A stretch of DNA of 63,398 nucleotides, filler included, from Trichodelitschia bisporula (GCA_010356995.1; 6 parts of 4 records of this genome joined end to end with filler, not necessarily neighbours in it), one strand, 5' to 3'. Counted from the whole stretch's first letter, positions 12,290 to 24,010 are shown. Numbers and translations are program-made. The notes: a model not told the origin generated them from the letters alone.

Positions 12290-13648
12290 ATGGCCCCCGA
12301 AAAGCGCGCCCGCTCACCAACACCTCCCCCCCCCTCGCCGCCCCGCAAGCGCAAGCGCCCCACCGGAGCCGCACGCATCTCCGCCTCCCACGTCGAAGAG
12401 GCCCGCCGACGCGCTCAGGAGCGTGAGCAGGCCATTCAGCAGCAGACCGCAGCACCTACCGGCGTTGCCGACTTCGTCGCGCAGCACTACAATGCTGTGC
12501 CGCAGCGCGGCCGTGAATGGCGACACACTGAAAGCAAAATCCGCGGCCTGCGCAGCTACAACAACTGGGTCAAGTCGGTGCTCATCAGCAAGTGCTCTCC
12601 CCGCGCGGCAGGTGCGAAGGTGCTCGACATTGGGTGCGGCAAGGGCGGTGACTTGCAAAAGTGGGCTTCGCGCCGCATCGATCTGTACGTCGGCCTGGAC
12701 AGCGCCGAAGTGTCCATCAAGCAGGCCGGTGAGCGGCACCGCGAAATGCTCAAAAGCAGGAAGGGCTTCTTTCACGCTGAGTTCCTCGTCCGCGACTGCT
12801 TTGGCGAATCCTTACACGACGTGCCCATCATTGCCGACGTCGGCTTCGACCGCACGCTCGACGCGCGCTGGGGTGGCGGTGGCTTCGACGTCGTGTCGAT
12901 GATGTTCTGCATGCACTACGCCTTCGAGAGCGAGGAGAAGGCGCGCATCATGCTGAAGAACGTGGCAGGCGCACTGAAAAAGGGCGGCCGCTTCCTCGGC
13001 GTCGTGCCGAACTCTGATGTCCTCACGGACAAGGTCAAGGAACATCACGGAAAGCAAACGAAGAGCGAACCAGCAGCCAGGGTCATGTACGACGAGCCAG
13101 AGCCAGCACGCCCAGCATATGATTCGGATGATGACTGGGACCCAGAGAAGTCGCTAGACGCAAAGGACGAGGTCAAGCCGGATACCCCCACCGAAGGCGC
13201 AGCCAGCGCGAAGCCGGACGCGGCAGACAAGACCCCCGAAGCCACCAGCAACCCCGAATCGCCCACGGCCCCGCCCCCCGACGAGCCCATCAAATGGGGC
13301 AACTCCATCTACCGTGTTGAGTTCCCCGGCAAGACACCCGCCGACGGAATCTTCCGCCCGCCTTTTGGATGGAAGTATTTCTACTTCCTCGAGGAGGCCG
13401 TTGAGCAGGTACCCGAGTACGTAGTGCCTTGGGAAGCGTTCCGTGCGCTGGCCGAGGACTACAACCTCGAGTTGGAGTACCGCGTTCCTTTCACCGAGGT
13501 ATGGACCGCGGAGAAGGACGACCCGGAGTACGGGCCACTTAGCGAGCGCATGCGCGTGCGCAACCGCAATACCGGGGAGCTACAGGTATCGCCGGAGGAG
13601 ATGGAGGCCGCGAGCTTTTATCACGCGTTTTGTTTCCATAAGTCTTAA
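12290..13648 (+). CDS. ABD1: mRNA cap guanine-N7 methyltransferase
   Basis: HYNAVPQRGREWR, LRSYNNWVKSVLI, VLDIGCGKGGDLQKW (SAM motif), MFCMHYAFESEEKAR, VPEYVVPW. Intronless and divergent from RPN7. Confidence 0.95.
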   Translation: MAPEKRARSPTPPPPSPPRKRKRPTGAARISASHVEEARRRAQEREQAIQQQTAAPTGVADFVAQHYNAVPQRGREWRHTESKIRGLRSYNNWVKSVLISKCSPRAAGAKVLDIGCGKGGDLQKWASRRIDLYVGLDSAEVSIKQAGERHREMLKSRKGFFHAEFLVRDCFGESLHDVPIIADVGFDRTLDARWGGGGFDVVSMMFCMHYAFESEEKARIMLKNVAGALKKGGRFLGVVPNSDVLTDKVKEHHGKQTKSEPAARVMYDEPEPARPAYDSDDDWDPEKSLDAKDEVKPDTPTEGAASAKPDAADKTPEATSNPESPTAPPPDEPIKWGNSIYRVEFPGKTPADGIFRPPFGWKYFYFLEEAVEQVPEYVVPWEAFRALAEDYNLELEYRVPFTEVWTAEKDDPEYGPLSERMRVRNRNTGELQVSPEEMEAASFYHAFCFHKS

Positions 13649-13733
13649 TCTCTCGGAGGGTTTAGGAAGGCAATATATAGTTACAAATATGGTCTCATCG
13701 CGTTGAAAAAGTGAAAAGGTTTCGTACTTCGCT

Positions 13734-13789
13734 AACTACCCGGCACTCATCGAACTACCCGGTACTCATTAAACTACTTAGCACTCATC
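13734..13789. repeat. 19-bp tandem repeat x3 at the core/repeat boundary
   Basis: AACTACCCGGCACTCATCG / AACTACCCGGTACTCATTA / AACTACTTAGCACTCATC. Confidence 0.7.
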
Positions 13790-13853
13790 TCATTGTCGTG
13801 GGAGACCAATGCCGGGCCTTGACCTTATTGGCTCCTGCGATCTTCCCCCGCGA

Positions 13854-15015
13854 TGTCACGCCAGCCTTCCTGCACCCCGCCGTGCCTTAGGCAGACGGCA
13901 GCACGATCTGCTCAAGAGTCTGGCGGCTCGCTCTTCAGATAAATCTTTGTGGAAGTAACTTGTTCATGCCTGCACCATACCCATCGTGACTTCCACACTT
14001 TTGCACGCCCCTGACACGTTACTTCCACCAACTGCCTGTGGTTGGAACCCTGAAAGTCCCCCACGGTCAGTCTAAACATGCTTTCTTTCCTCGGCGGGTC
14101 CCAGGATCGTCGCCTTCAGTGACCTTTGCCGAGTCGCTGCCGCAGGCGATGGTCTGACCCCAACGCCGAACCAGTGACAGTGTCACTGCCTCCCTCTCAT
14201 TCGGATGGCTCTTGACGAGCCAACTACCCTGTACTCTTAGATCTCGATGGAGCTATCAGTAAGAATCCGCTAATTCGAGGCCCAGAACCCCGTCGAACCC
14301 CTTGCCAGCTCTCGCACGATGTCTAAGGCTAAGGGCAAAGAGCCGATGAAGACTGCTGCTGCTCCCGGCAGGTCAGCACAGTCACCTATCTCGGATACCC
14401 TTCTCCAAAACCCCCTTGCCAGGCCGTCGGACGGCGAAGAACATGGGCCCCCGGAGAGTGAAGGAGATACCCCAGCCGGAGCCACTCCCGACCGGGTAAG
14501 AATCATCTGGGACGAAAACGACCCTCATTGGAGTCTGGTGGGCGTTGACAATTTGGTCCTGGAATGGAGCAGTGTCGAAGAACTCAGCGACCTGGTTGTG
14601 GGGCACGGGCAAGAATGGCTTCGAGCCATGGAGGGACTCCGTCGCAATGCAGCCGCCGACGCGGAACATGTCCGTGCCGCGCAGGAGGCGTCGACACGTG
14701 CCCTTGCCGACCTCCAGTCAGCCCAACAGTCGCTGGCGCAACTTCAGGCCGAACAGCAAATCATTCTCGAAAACTCGGTTCGCGAGAACGCCTTGCATGC
14801 GGAGCGCGTGGTACAACGTGCTCAAGCCACCGAAGCTCTTGCCACAGCCAACTCGGAACTTCAAATGGCTCAAGCAAAAGCTCGTCTGCAGTTCGGCTCT
14901 CTTCTTGGAAGCGACGCTTCCACCCGGCCCGGCCCCTTCCTCAGGCCTGACGCCTCGACTCCGTCCAGTGCGGGCCCGGACCAGACTGCCGCCATTCAGT
15001 CCGGCTCTCTAGCAC
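13854..15015 (+). mobile_element. 5' part of a Ty3/Gypsy-like LTR retrotransposon (candidate LTR 13854-14179, gag ORF from 14319), truncated at a solo LTR
   Basis: TGTCAC...GTGACA inverted termini. ORF MSKAKGKEPMKTAAAPG is near-identical to the copy at 56270, which continues into a retrotransposon-gag-like motif. Confidence 0.65.
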
Positions 15016-15189
15016 TGTTAGAAAGCGGTGGCTGTGTTCAGCCTTACCCAGTTTCAGCCACAGGGCTCGAGTATGAGCAGACTCGGGATCCCCACCTCTT
15101 TGACAATCAAGCAACTTGTTCATGGACAGACCTTCGGTCTAACTTGTGATGCTGTGATGTCTCCATTAGTCTCACACCTCCTTTTAACA
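15016..15189 (+). mobile_element. Solo LTR family A (174 bp), no TSD
   Basis: TGTT...AACA termini; homologous to 16265-16438, 58289-58462, 15547-15720 and 24683-24856. Flanks AGCAC / CCTGC differ. Confidence 0.85.
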
Positions 15190-15546
15190 CCTGCATATTG
15201 CAGCTCTCGGACAGTTGGACAGCTGAGCGCTGCACGCCTCAAGCTCACCGGAGGTCTCACGCAGCAGTCAGCTGCAATGTTGAACGGTGGCCGGCTGTTG
15301 ATGGTGCCCCCAATCACCCGGATTTTGAGAAATCCGGTGATTCCATTAGGACTTTTATCCGTTCACGGCCTTGGCAGACCATGCCTGAGTTGGCCAGGAG
15401 TTTGAGTTGAGATTTTTGAGTTCATGCGATTTTGTGCGCAGTGGAAGCAGCGGTTAAGCTGCTGTGCATGTTATCTCAACGGTCTTTGTTTATTTTACAG
15501 GAATACTTAGCTGATTGTGTAGAATAAGCATTCCGGGCCCATAACC

Positions 15547-15720
15547 TATTAAAAGGAGGTGTGAGACTAATGGAGACATCACAGCATCACAAGTTAGACC
15601 GAAGGTCTGTCCATGAACAAGTTGCTTAATTGTCAAAGAGGTGGGGATCCCGAGCCTACTTATACTCGAGTCCTGTGGCTGAAACTGGGTAAGGCTGAAC
15701 ACAGCCACTGCTTCCCAACA
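15547..15720 (-). mobile_element. Solo LTR family A, inverted
   Basis: Reverse complement of LTR-A. One terminus reads TATT instead of TGTT (RIP-type change). Confidence 0.85.
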
Positions 15721-15900
15721 GGAAGAGTGGGAAAGGAAGGTGAGAAGGAAGATCCACATGGACCTGGCAGCACTGCTGGTAATGGAAGAGAGTTAAGCGA
15801 GCAGGAGCAATGCTTTAAGGGAGGGGGGTTCATGTCGTGGGAGTAGGCCAAGGCCCCCATTCCTTCTCTTAAGCAACGGCCATGTTGGAGCCTCAGGCTT
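15721..15900 (+). mobile_element. Possible 3' end of a Gypsy-like element (PPT plus start of an LTR)
   Basis: Purine tract AAGGGAGGGGGG at 15817, then TGTCGTGGGAG at 15833; the same 11-mer occurs at 13794. Confidence 0.4.
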
Positions 15901-16074
15901 CAACCAGGCCGTCAGCCAATGCCGGGAGCCCAGTGCCGGGTAAACGTTTACCCGGTACCGGCACTCCAACAAACGTAAGGGGCTCGCCCTCACCAGTTTC
16001 TTCCCTCTTCATAGCAATCAACTTGGTTATGTCTCGCCCCATTGCCGTGAGTTCTTCATGCCGTGCGGTCCCCT

Positions 16075-16264
16075 GACACGGGACCTTGATCGCAAATATC
16101 AGGAACTGAGGCTGGCCGACTGCAAAGACGTCACCGATTTCGCGCAGCGCCTCGGTCACGCATACCACGAGCTCGTTGCCCTTGACGCTTCCGTCGAACT
16201 GAGCGAGCACTTCCTTGTCAACAAGTTTCTCAACGGCCTCGGCGAAGATTACGACAACTTCATC
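16075..16264 (+). mobile_element. Ty1/Copia gag (UBN2-type) fragment
   Basis: YQELRLADCKDVTDFAQRLGHAYHELVALDASVELSEHFLVNKFLNGLGEDYDNFI resembles Copia gag; it ends exactly at an LTR-A. Confidence 0.7.
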
Positions 16265-16438
16265 TGTTGGAAAGCGTTGGCTGTGTTCAGCCTTACCCAG
16301 TTTCAGCCACAGGGCTCGAGTATAAGTAGACTCGGGATCCCCACCTCTTTGACAATCAAGCAACTTGTTCATGGACAGACCTTTGGTCCAACTTATGATG
16401 CTGTGATGTTTCCATTGATCACACATCCCCTCTTAACA
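16265..16438 (+). mobile_element. LTR family A copy
   Basis: TGTTGG...TTAACA. The right flank CGTAC matches the 58289 copy; the left flank is different. Confidence 0.88.
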
Positions 16439-17430
16439 CGTACCTGCAGCGCCTCGGCGAGCATCGGCGGGTCGCCCTCGTCGCCCGGGCCCTGGATGAA
16501 GTACGCGGGGTCATCGCGCACCGCGACGTCAGCCTTTTCGCGCGGGTTGATGCTCAGCTCCAGCACGTCGTGGCGTGGGCGTTTGCGCGCCTCTTCCACC
16601 ACCCGCGCGTCGGACGTCGGGGAATTCCTGGTACTCATCGCGGCCATGCTGACGCGGATCGTGGAGTTGTCCCCGGCGGCGGCAGTATTGAGCGTGCGGG
16701 TCTGCATTTGCTTTGGGGCTTGACATGTATTGTTGGCTCATCGTCTGACTGGACAGGTGGCTGGGCGGTCTGGTGAAGAGTGGGCTGGACATTTTGGACC
16801 ACGGTTAGCTGGACCTGGGTAGCTTGAACCTGAACGACTGGCCCGATCTGAACGGTCGGCTGAACCACGGGGGGCTGGACCGTGACTGCTGGCCGAACCT
16901 GAGCAGGCTGGACCGAACGGTTGGCCGAGCCTGAACAGGCTGCTGGACCTGGATGACAGGCCAGACCGGCTTCTGAGCCGTCACTTGGATGCTGCCTAGT
17001 ATGTCCGGCGCAGGCGTCATCTGGGGCTTCGGCTCCACCTGAATCGTCTCGCCCTGGGGCGGACCTTTGCCATGTGGCATAGACACACGCCGCACCGGCG
17101 GCATCACGACATGGGCCGTCTTCCGCGACTTCTCGGCCACAGCGGGATAGTGGTGCGCAACATGGGCCTTGTCGGAGACCAGCCTTGTCGAACAGGCTCA
17201 ACCGGAGCGGCTCGCGGGCGCTGACCCGTCGGCTCGACAACGCCGGCAGCCCCGCAGAACTGTACTCGGTGAGGGCGCCGGGATGCAGCAGCTGGCGTAG
17301 CTTGCGGAGTGACTGCTCGAGCAGCTGGGATGTACGGTGCGGGTTCTGCGCCTCAGTGTCTACGTCGAGCGGTTGGTGGGCGCGGCGCCGCTCGAGATCG
17401 CTAGGGTACACGACGGGCGGCACGGCGGGA
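16439..17430 (-). pseudogene. SCC2: N-terminal fragment of a cohesin loader Scc2/Mis4-like gene, frameshifted; duplicate of 58463-59331
   Basis: LSINPREKADVAVRDDPAYF...PPMLAEALQVR. In the other copy this segment is contiguous with clearer Scc2 sequence. Confidence 0.55.
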
Positions 17431-17770
17431 CCGGCTAGCTACTCGCCTTCCCGCTAGCAGCCAGTGTGTGCAGTCCAGCGGGTTCCACGATGAGCTCTGA
17501 CGCAGCAGCAGCGGGGGCTAGGAACGCCCGGGGGCAGGTGGGGGAGGTTAATGGGTGTTGTGGGGGAGGTTAATGGGTGTTATGGGGGCGGTGGCGGTCT
17601 TCAACGACGGCACCGCCTCCCGTCCTGTGCTGTCAGTCAAATTCTACGCCGCGCCCGCCTCCCGTCCTGTGCTGCCAGTCAAATTCTACGCCGCGCCCGC
17701 CTCCCAACCCTTCTGTGCTTATGGATCCACACGGTTGGGAGATGGTTTGAGCGGCGGCGCACTCCATTCC

Positions 17771-18279
17771 TCTGTGCAGGGTCTCGGATGACATACACAG
17801 GATTATCCCCCTAGCATCCTAGCATAGCTTCACGTCTTTATCAATGGAGGCTAATGAGAGGACATGCTGTACGTGACCGTCTCCCTTTTCCGCCTTGGAC
17901 CAGGTTGAGCTAGGGCCTGGCCCCGTCTTCGTCAACGCTCTGCACGACGAAAAGAAGCTGGGAGTGGCAAACTTTGAACACAGCCACCACATTCCATCAT
18001 AACTTCTCTGCGTTGTGAAGGAATGGTTAATTCCAGATCCTTCCAGATCCACAATGTATTGAAGCTATTACATCACTGATGGCGATATTTTCATTCGCCA
18101 TTGCCACTATTTGTAATTGGAGCATTCGATTTCAAAGCTGTCCCATTCCAATACGTAATTCATTGCCACTTTCGCTCTAAAAAAAAGGTATAAAAAGACA
18201 ATGGCCTCAACGGAGGTGGGTGGGGAGGAGGTTAAGAGACACTTCAGCAAATGAATTCCATACACAGCACTCGACCAGA
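17771..18279 (-). repeat. Duplicated segment: last codons and 3' flank of a WD40-type NLR (copy of 59460-59966)
   Basis: Near-identical to 59460-59966; minus strand ends GRVLCMEFIC-stop. Confidence 0.85.
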
Positions 18280-18379
18280 NNNNNNNNNNNNNNNNNNNNN
18301 NNNNNNNNNNNNNNNNNNNNNNNTTAATTAATTAANNNNNNNNNNNNNNNNNNNNNNNNNNNNNNNNNNNNNNNNNNNN
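18280..18379. other. Artificial contig spacer (44 N + TTAATTAATTAA + 44 N); also at 47464-47563, 56006-56105, 57221-57320 and 60153-60252
   Basis: Identical 12-nt all-frame stop linker centred in 100-nt gaps. Confidence 0.95.
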
Positions 18380-18553
18380 GTACGACAGTGCCCTGAAAAA
18401 CGCCTCCTACGTGATTCGCTACCTCGTGCAGCGCGCGCTCGCGTCGACCAAGTCCGACGACCAGCCGTACCACAACCTGCTCGACATCTTCATCGAGGAC
18501 TTGATCAACGTGCTCGGGTCGCCCGACTGGCCCGCCGCGGAGCTGTTGCTGCG
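18380..18553 (+). pseudogene. SCC2: Internal Scc2/Mis4 fragment
   Basis: ALKNASYVIRYLVQRALASTKSDDQPYHNLLDIFIEDLINVLGSPDWPAAELLLR matches the conserved fungal Scc2 D-x-PYR-x-LLD...EDL...L...DWPAAELLL segment; cut by LTR-B. Confidence 0.75.
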
Positions 18554-18694
18554 TGTTGAATTTATGGCGGCAACCTGGGGTGGCTGGAGTGGAGCCAGGA
18601 GACGGGGGTTGCCTCCTGGCGAGGTATATAGTCAGCTCACTTCCCACTGCTAGTCGATCAAGCAACTCAGTCAAGTTCACACTTCATTTTAACA
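18554..18694 (+). mobile_element. Solo LTR family B (~140 bp), no TSD
   Basis: TGTTGAA...TTTAACA; homologous to the Copia 3' LTR at 61572-61711. Confidence 0.85.
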
Positions 18695-19237
18695 CCCAAG
18701 TCGTACTGAATCACTCCGCCACAATCCTTGGACGGCTGGCAAACAACAACGTCCCCAAGCCGGATGTCGTCTTTTGCGCTCGGCACACCGCCTCCGATGC
18801 CGACCAAGACGCCGAATGGAACCGAAGTGAAAGTTGACTTCATTTGAGCAACCGCCGAGGCCGCCGAGTTTGTGCCCGTCAGCCCCAAGACCATGATGAC
18901 CGTATTGTGTTCGCCAACGCGGCGGAGCGTGTAGCTACTGGGATCGGACGCGTCCCGGGGGAGAGGTTTGGTGCTCTTGGTCGAGCATCTCCTGGGCTGC
19001 TGCAAGTTCAATGTCAAGCGCGCAAATACACCCGATTGTGCAGTCTTCGTGACGAAGTTGGCGGGTTGGCTTTCTGTTGGTGGTTCTCTGGAGGGCAAGG
19101 GGTAAGGTTGAGGTCTGGCTGACATTGCTCGCGGGCGCAGGTGTGGTGGTCTCACCAGCAACAGGTGAGGAGGGTCGTGAAAGACTGGAAGAGGCATGGA
19201 AGCGGCCCTGTGTCCGGATCCGCTTTGCAGGTGGCAT
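18695..19237 (-). pseudogene. Truncated, frameshifted PNP_UDP-domain NLR 5' fragment (paralogue of the gene at 47564-48636)
   Basis: MPPAKRIRTQG...TIGCICALDIELAAAQEMLD, frameshift near 18965, then GEHNTVI...GVLVGIGGGVPS..DIRLGDVVV..VIQYDLG ending at LTR-B. Confidence 0.85.
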
Positions 19238-19724
19238 CTTGGAAGTAATGATGCTAGTCAAGAAATTGCGGACTTGTAAAAATGCAGGAGTGGAACTGGA
19301 GGTTAAAGGCGAGGCTTTGGGGCTTCGAGCTGAGCTCAACTGCGGGGCAGAATGCCAAGAATGAGGCTGTGAGCTGTCGGGCGCGGAGGGGGAGGACGAG
19401 ATTGGAGGAGACAGCTACATGCCACGGAGCATCAAATTCTCCTACCAACTGATCATTTCATAGACGAAGACTTCGCTGGAGGACATACCCGCTTGTTCAT
19501 CCATGTTGCACCGCCCACGTTGCGGAAGCCCGCCGTATGCCACTGCTAAAACAAGTGCGAACTTGAGCGAATTGCTTAATTGACGGGCAGCGGGAATGGA
19601 CTGACGATATACCTCTGTTTCCTGTCCCCGCCACCACAGGTCGCCTCTATCAATTTAACAGTTTGACCATCGCCGTTGGCAGCGCCCACATGCTCGGCGC
19701 TTGTCCTCCATTCCCCTATACGCA

Positions 19725-19840
19725 CTTCCACATGCACTTCCACACGCCCTTCCTCACACTCCCACACGCCCTTCCACACGCACTTCCACACGCCCTTCCA
19801 CACACACGTACCTCCCATGCACACGCTCCCTCCATACACG
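19725..19840. repeat. Low-complexity ~14-bp CA-rich tandem repeat
   Basis: Repeated CTTCCACACGC(A/C)C-like units. Confidence 0.7.
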
Positions 19841-20032
19841 CGCTGCTCGGGGTCCGTAAACAATCTGACATACTCGGGTCTATTCACCCGGCCTGGGTGC
19901 TCGCTCAGGACCACCCCGGTCCTGACCGTCCAATTAACCATCTTGAATCGCTCATGAAGGGAATCACACTCCAGCCTCGCCTCGATCAACAGTGTAGCAA
20001 ACAGGCCACGCCTGCTCTAACCCAGGAGCCAA

Positions 20033-22053
20033 TCATGACAGCAGCGCAAATTCTGAAACAACGTCCTTGAGCATGTTGTCAAGAACGACGCACGTGAAAA
20101 ATCCGGGATCGAAGACCACGAAATAAGAGGTTTGGACACGTCGCTAAACGAAAATTAGCGATCCGGACAAATGACAGAAGGAAGGTTGAACTTACGGAAG
20201 GACTTTGCTGGCCGAGAACTTCGGAAATCGACCACGATGCAGTACTTAAAACTGAAAGAGGTGTAACGGCCTTCCCCGACAAACCGGTCGTAATGCTCCT
20301 GCAGTTGGATCCCGTCCCGCAGCAATTCAATGCCCCAATGGACCTCAGGGATCACAAAGTCGATTCGCTGCCCGCCCAATTCCTTGCTGGAAAACTCCGG
20401 GGTGGGAATGACGCGTGCTCTGGTGACCTTGTATATCGTGCGGTAGAGTTCGGCACCATAGGCTGCTTCTGGAGTCTTGGATTCTCGTCGCAGAGCATTC
20501 CCACAAAACGACTTCAGGCCAGTCAAGACACACTCCCGTACGCTCTCGAATGGGAAAGGGCGGGTGAGTTGTGGAACAACGGTCATCGCGGCAAACCTGG
20601 CTAAGGTTAGCTATAATTCGTGCAAAACAGTATAATGGACATACCAGCGATGAACTTCGGTCGGATAAGTATAGACCATGGAACTGCCGTCTTTCACAAC
20701 GGCGTGCAGGTAGCCCTTGACATAGCACTTGCGAAGTGCTTCAGAATTTACGTCCTGTAGCTGAGCGAACCCTTCTATCGCAGCCTTGATGAGAACTTTG
20801 CGGGCATCGGGGTCCTGAAACGTGTCATGAGGAAATCCGCGGTATGCAGCACAGCATCGGATGACGTCTACGAGGCCATCCCTATTGAACAAGAAATGCT
20901 CAAGGGAAGCAGACTGAATTTCCTTTCCATTTCTGACGATAATTTTGCAATCCAGGACCATTGAAGGCTGAAGTCAGCAACACCCAACCGTACAGATTGC
21001 TAAGCAAAAGGATGAGACCCACATGGGATTCCAAGAAATTCTCAATCAGGGCAGTCGCAAGGCCAATGTGACCCTCAGAAAACTTGAACAGCATGTCTAG
21101 GGCCTCATTCGAGATTGATGCGGATATCGCCGTAGTCTTCTTCATCCCCCAGCTCATGAACTCTTCTTGCGAGAAAAACATGCCCACGGAGACAAAAGCT
21201 GACGGACGTAGCCCGACAATGCAATTCTCGGGAAGTGTCAATGGAGTCAATGCACTCTCGTCATTGCCAAGGTCCGCCGAACTGCCATAGCAACAGGCGA
21301 AGACAAACTTGATACTTTGTGGTCTTTTTTGAATTTCTCCAAGACACCCTTGATAGCCTCGTTCCAAAAGATTGCATCAGCGTAACTCGTCTGCCCTTCA
21401 TCGAAAAGAATGTAGGCTGGTGTGCAAAGGACGTCTGTGTGAGCATCCGGCATTAGTTCCTTCAGCTGATCAAACCAGGGTTTCGTTGCCCCTTTAGGGT
21501 AACGGGAAAGAAGATGGACCTGATTGCCTTGGAGACGAAGGTAGTGATAGAGGAGGTCCATGACGCTGGTCTTTCCGGACGCAGGGGTGCCTCGAAGCTG
21601 AACGACACCGGTGCGTTCAAGACGCGCGACAACAGTCTCCAGGAGAGTTGTTCGTGGCTCCAGGCAAAGGTATTGTGCGACTTCATTGTAGGTCAGGATA
21701 TCGAGTGGAACGGTATTTCGCTCGCTCGCACCTCTCGCGATTGTGGCAAAGGATTCGTCTTGGGGCACTTCATTCTGGTTAGGTAGGCCGGGGAAGGATG
21801 AGTTGCTGTCCTCACCAACGTCAAACCCCGAAGAGGGCAGTGCAGCAGCTGTAGTCGGCAGACTGGGCGTGTCGTGGAATGAGAATGCATGATAGCAAAC
21901 TGTGCAGGTTGGATCACCGCCTGCGCCCGCCGGCGCCGAAGCCTGCATGCAAAGGCACCCCATCATTCCTTGCCTGAAGCGGCATGGTCCACGGCACACC
22001 ATGATGGGTGGGCTGGAAGGGCGTGAAAATGGAGGGCGCCGGAATATTTTCAT
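20033..22053 (-). pseudogene. Cys/His header + P-loop NTPase + C-terminal PD-(D/E)XK-like domain (Crinkler/CR-effector-like), with two +1 frameshifts
   Basis: Walker A RGTPASGKTS, Walker B ILFDEGQ, C-terminal PEAAYGAELYR..PEF..RIDFVI..WGIELLRDG..LQEHYDRF..CIVVDFR. Introns 20968-21022, 20597-20644 and ~20143-20195. Frameshifts near 21328 (A6 run) and ~20125. Confidence 0.7.
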
Positions 22054-24010
22054 GATGGATGATAGCGTCCCTAAATCTGGAGTTCTTGATCGCGACTGAC
22101 GTGGGTGTAGGCAGTACTGATGGTGTGAGTTGCTAGGCCTACGTGTTAAGGTAAGGAGGTTCGGTTGCTTGAGAGATAGCTTCTGGCCTTTGTTTATTCC
22201 CCAAGCACATGGAACATCCTTCAATGAATAACACACACGTGGATCCTTGGACACACGCAAAAAAAAGCCCTATATCGACGCACGAATCGGATCCAAAGCT
22301 TCCAGTCAACCGATCATCACTTTGCCTTGATTTGATACCACACGGAAGCAAGGCTATGATGGTTAGAAGGGTTTTCGGCCGACGGGCTCTCTGTACAGTA
22401 AGTGACGATCAGCCACGTTCCGACGTAGCCACGCATATAAATCAAGCCACCGAATCCACTCACTCGGTAGGTATCGGCCCGACCTTTAATCCGAGAGCCA
22501 GTACACTCCGCAGTCATGTCTTTCTCTGTCTCCCAGATGCCTCTGCCTCCCGGCGTAACGTTCGCTGACATCAACGTATCGCTCGATGATGTGGGCGAGC
22601 ACCGGCGTTCGCACGCCCGCGCATTCGCACGCCCGCGCATCGGCGTCAGTCGATAATACTCCGGACACCGCTCCGGGCCCCTTCTGATGGCCCCATCAGT
22701 ATAGCGTCGGACGGCGTACGGCCGGGGGACCTCCGTTCTTCCACAGCCTCGCCCTCGCCCTCCCCAGAAAGACCCCCAGCTACCCCCATCGCGAGCTCAT
22801 TGACCGCGAGTCCTCGGCGCTCAGCACTGCCGCCAACACTACTGAGCTCGACCGCGTTCATCGGTAAGCAGGCCTTCCCGCCCCTTTGCATGAACCGCGG
22901 TCAGGTAGCAGCACAAAGCCTCCCATCGAGAACGGCTTCACTCTCAACGCCAAAGCGGCCGCGAAGTATACACTGATGGAGCCCCTCCCGGCGCTGAACA
23001 TCCGCAACCGCAAGCGCAGCCTGGATGTGAGATCACGGCTGTGACGGCGACAGGCACTGGCTGTGTATGATCTGCCATGGCCGCAGCACCCATGACAGCA
23101 GCATCCGTGAGATCACCTCGTTCAGCCTCGGCGGCACAAGTCACATCACCCGCCACCCAGCCAAGTCCCACCGGATCACACCCTCAGGGTCCCCGCGGCT
23201 CACTACTGGCCAGGAGATTCTTCGACTGGAGCTCGTCCCGAATGACTGCATCCCATAGACGCCAGTCTGCTGTCGACTTGAGCGTGAATAATAACACGTG
23301 ACCTCTCGCTGACCATAGTGGCGGTGGCGGTGGCGGTGCACGACCTCCGAAGATCGTGGAACCAACTCGACTCTACCTAAACAACTAATCTTCCGGTAGT
23401 CTCGCGCTCACCGGGCTCATAACCTGTTGTAACTTTAGGGTCTTGGAATACTGCGATGAGTTGGTCAAATTCCTGCAACCTAACTATCTGCTGATATATA
23501 TACATAAAGAGTGGCGAATATGCTTGCCGCAAACAGAAAGAACTAGAATACACTCGAACTCCGTGATTGCCAATCTGATCCTTCTGGCCCCTTCCAACGG
23601 TCTGAGATTTCGCGCAGCCATTTGTTCCATCCGACTGATGATTCGAGCTTTGCGACGGTTCCTAACGACGAGAGAGCAGAGATGGCACCAAGGGTCTTGG
23701 GGTCGGCCATAATGCTCGTCCGGGGAACGTCGTTTCCACAGCAAGGTCTGCTTCAAGTGGAAGGCAGGGACAAGAGAAGAGGTGGGAAAAGATCCTTTCC
23801 TTTCGTTCAAAGGAAAAAGGAGGAAGGTTAGGGCCGCTTGGAAGTGAGAGGTAAAGAGGATAGAGTCAGAACTGTTGCAGGACCAAAATTGGAGGTTGAA
23901 GATGATGGTTGCGTGCCTTGAACAGATGATCAACGTCACCTCATATGTCGAGGCAGTGGAGCATCGAACGACGACAGGTCTTCCCACATATTGCTGGCTA
24001 CAAGTTTCGA

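Noticed and set aside
15028..16723. ORFs sharing AVFSLTQFQPQGSS..GIPTSLTIKQLVHGQTFG
   Set aside because: Read-through translations of LTR-A, not a protein domain.
18324..18335. Recurrent TTAATTAATTAA palindrome
   Set aside because: Synthetic linker inside N spacers. Order and orientation across these gaps are not guaranteed, so cross-gap inferences are weak.
22500..23950. Possible gene or TE remnants
   Set aside because: Only short ORFs with no identifiable family.
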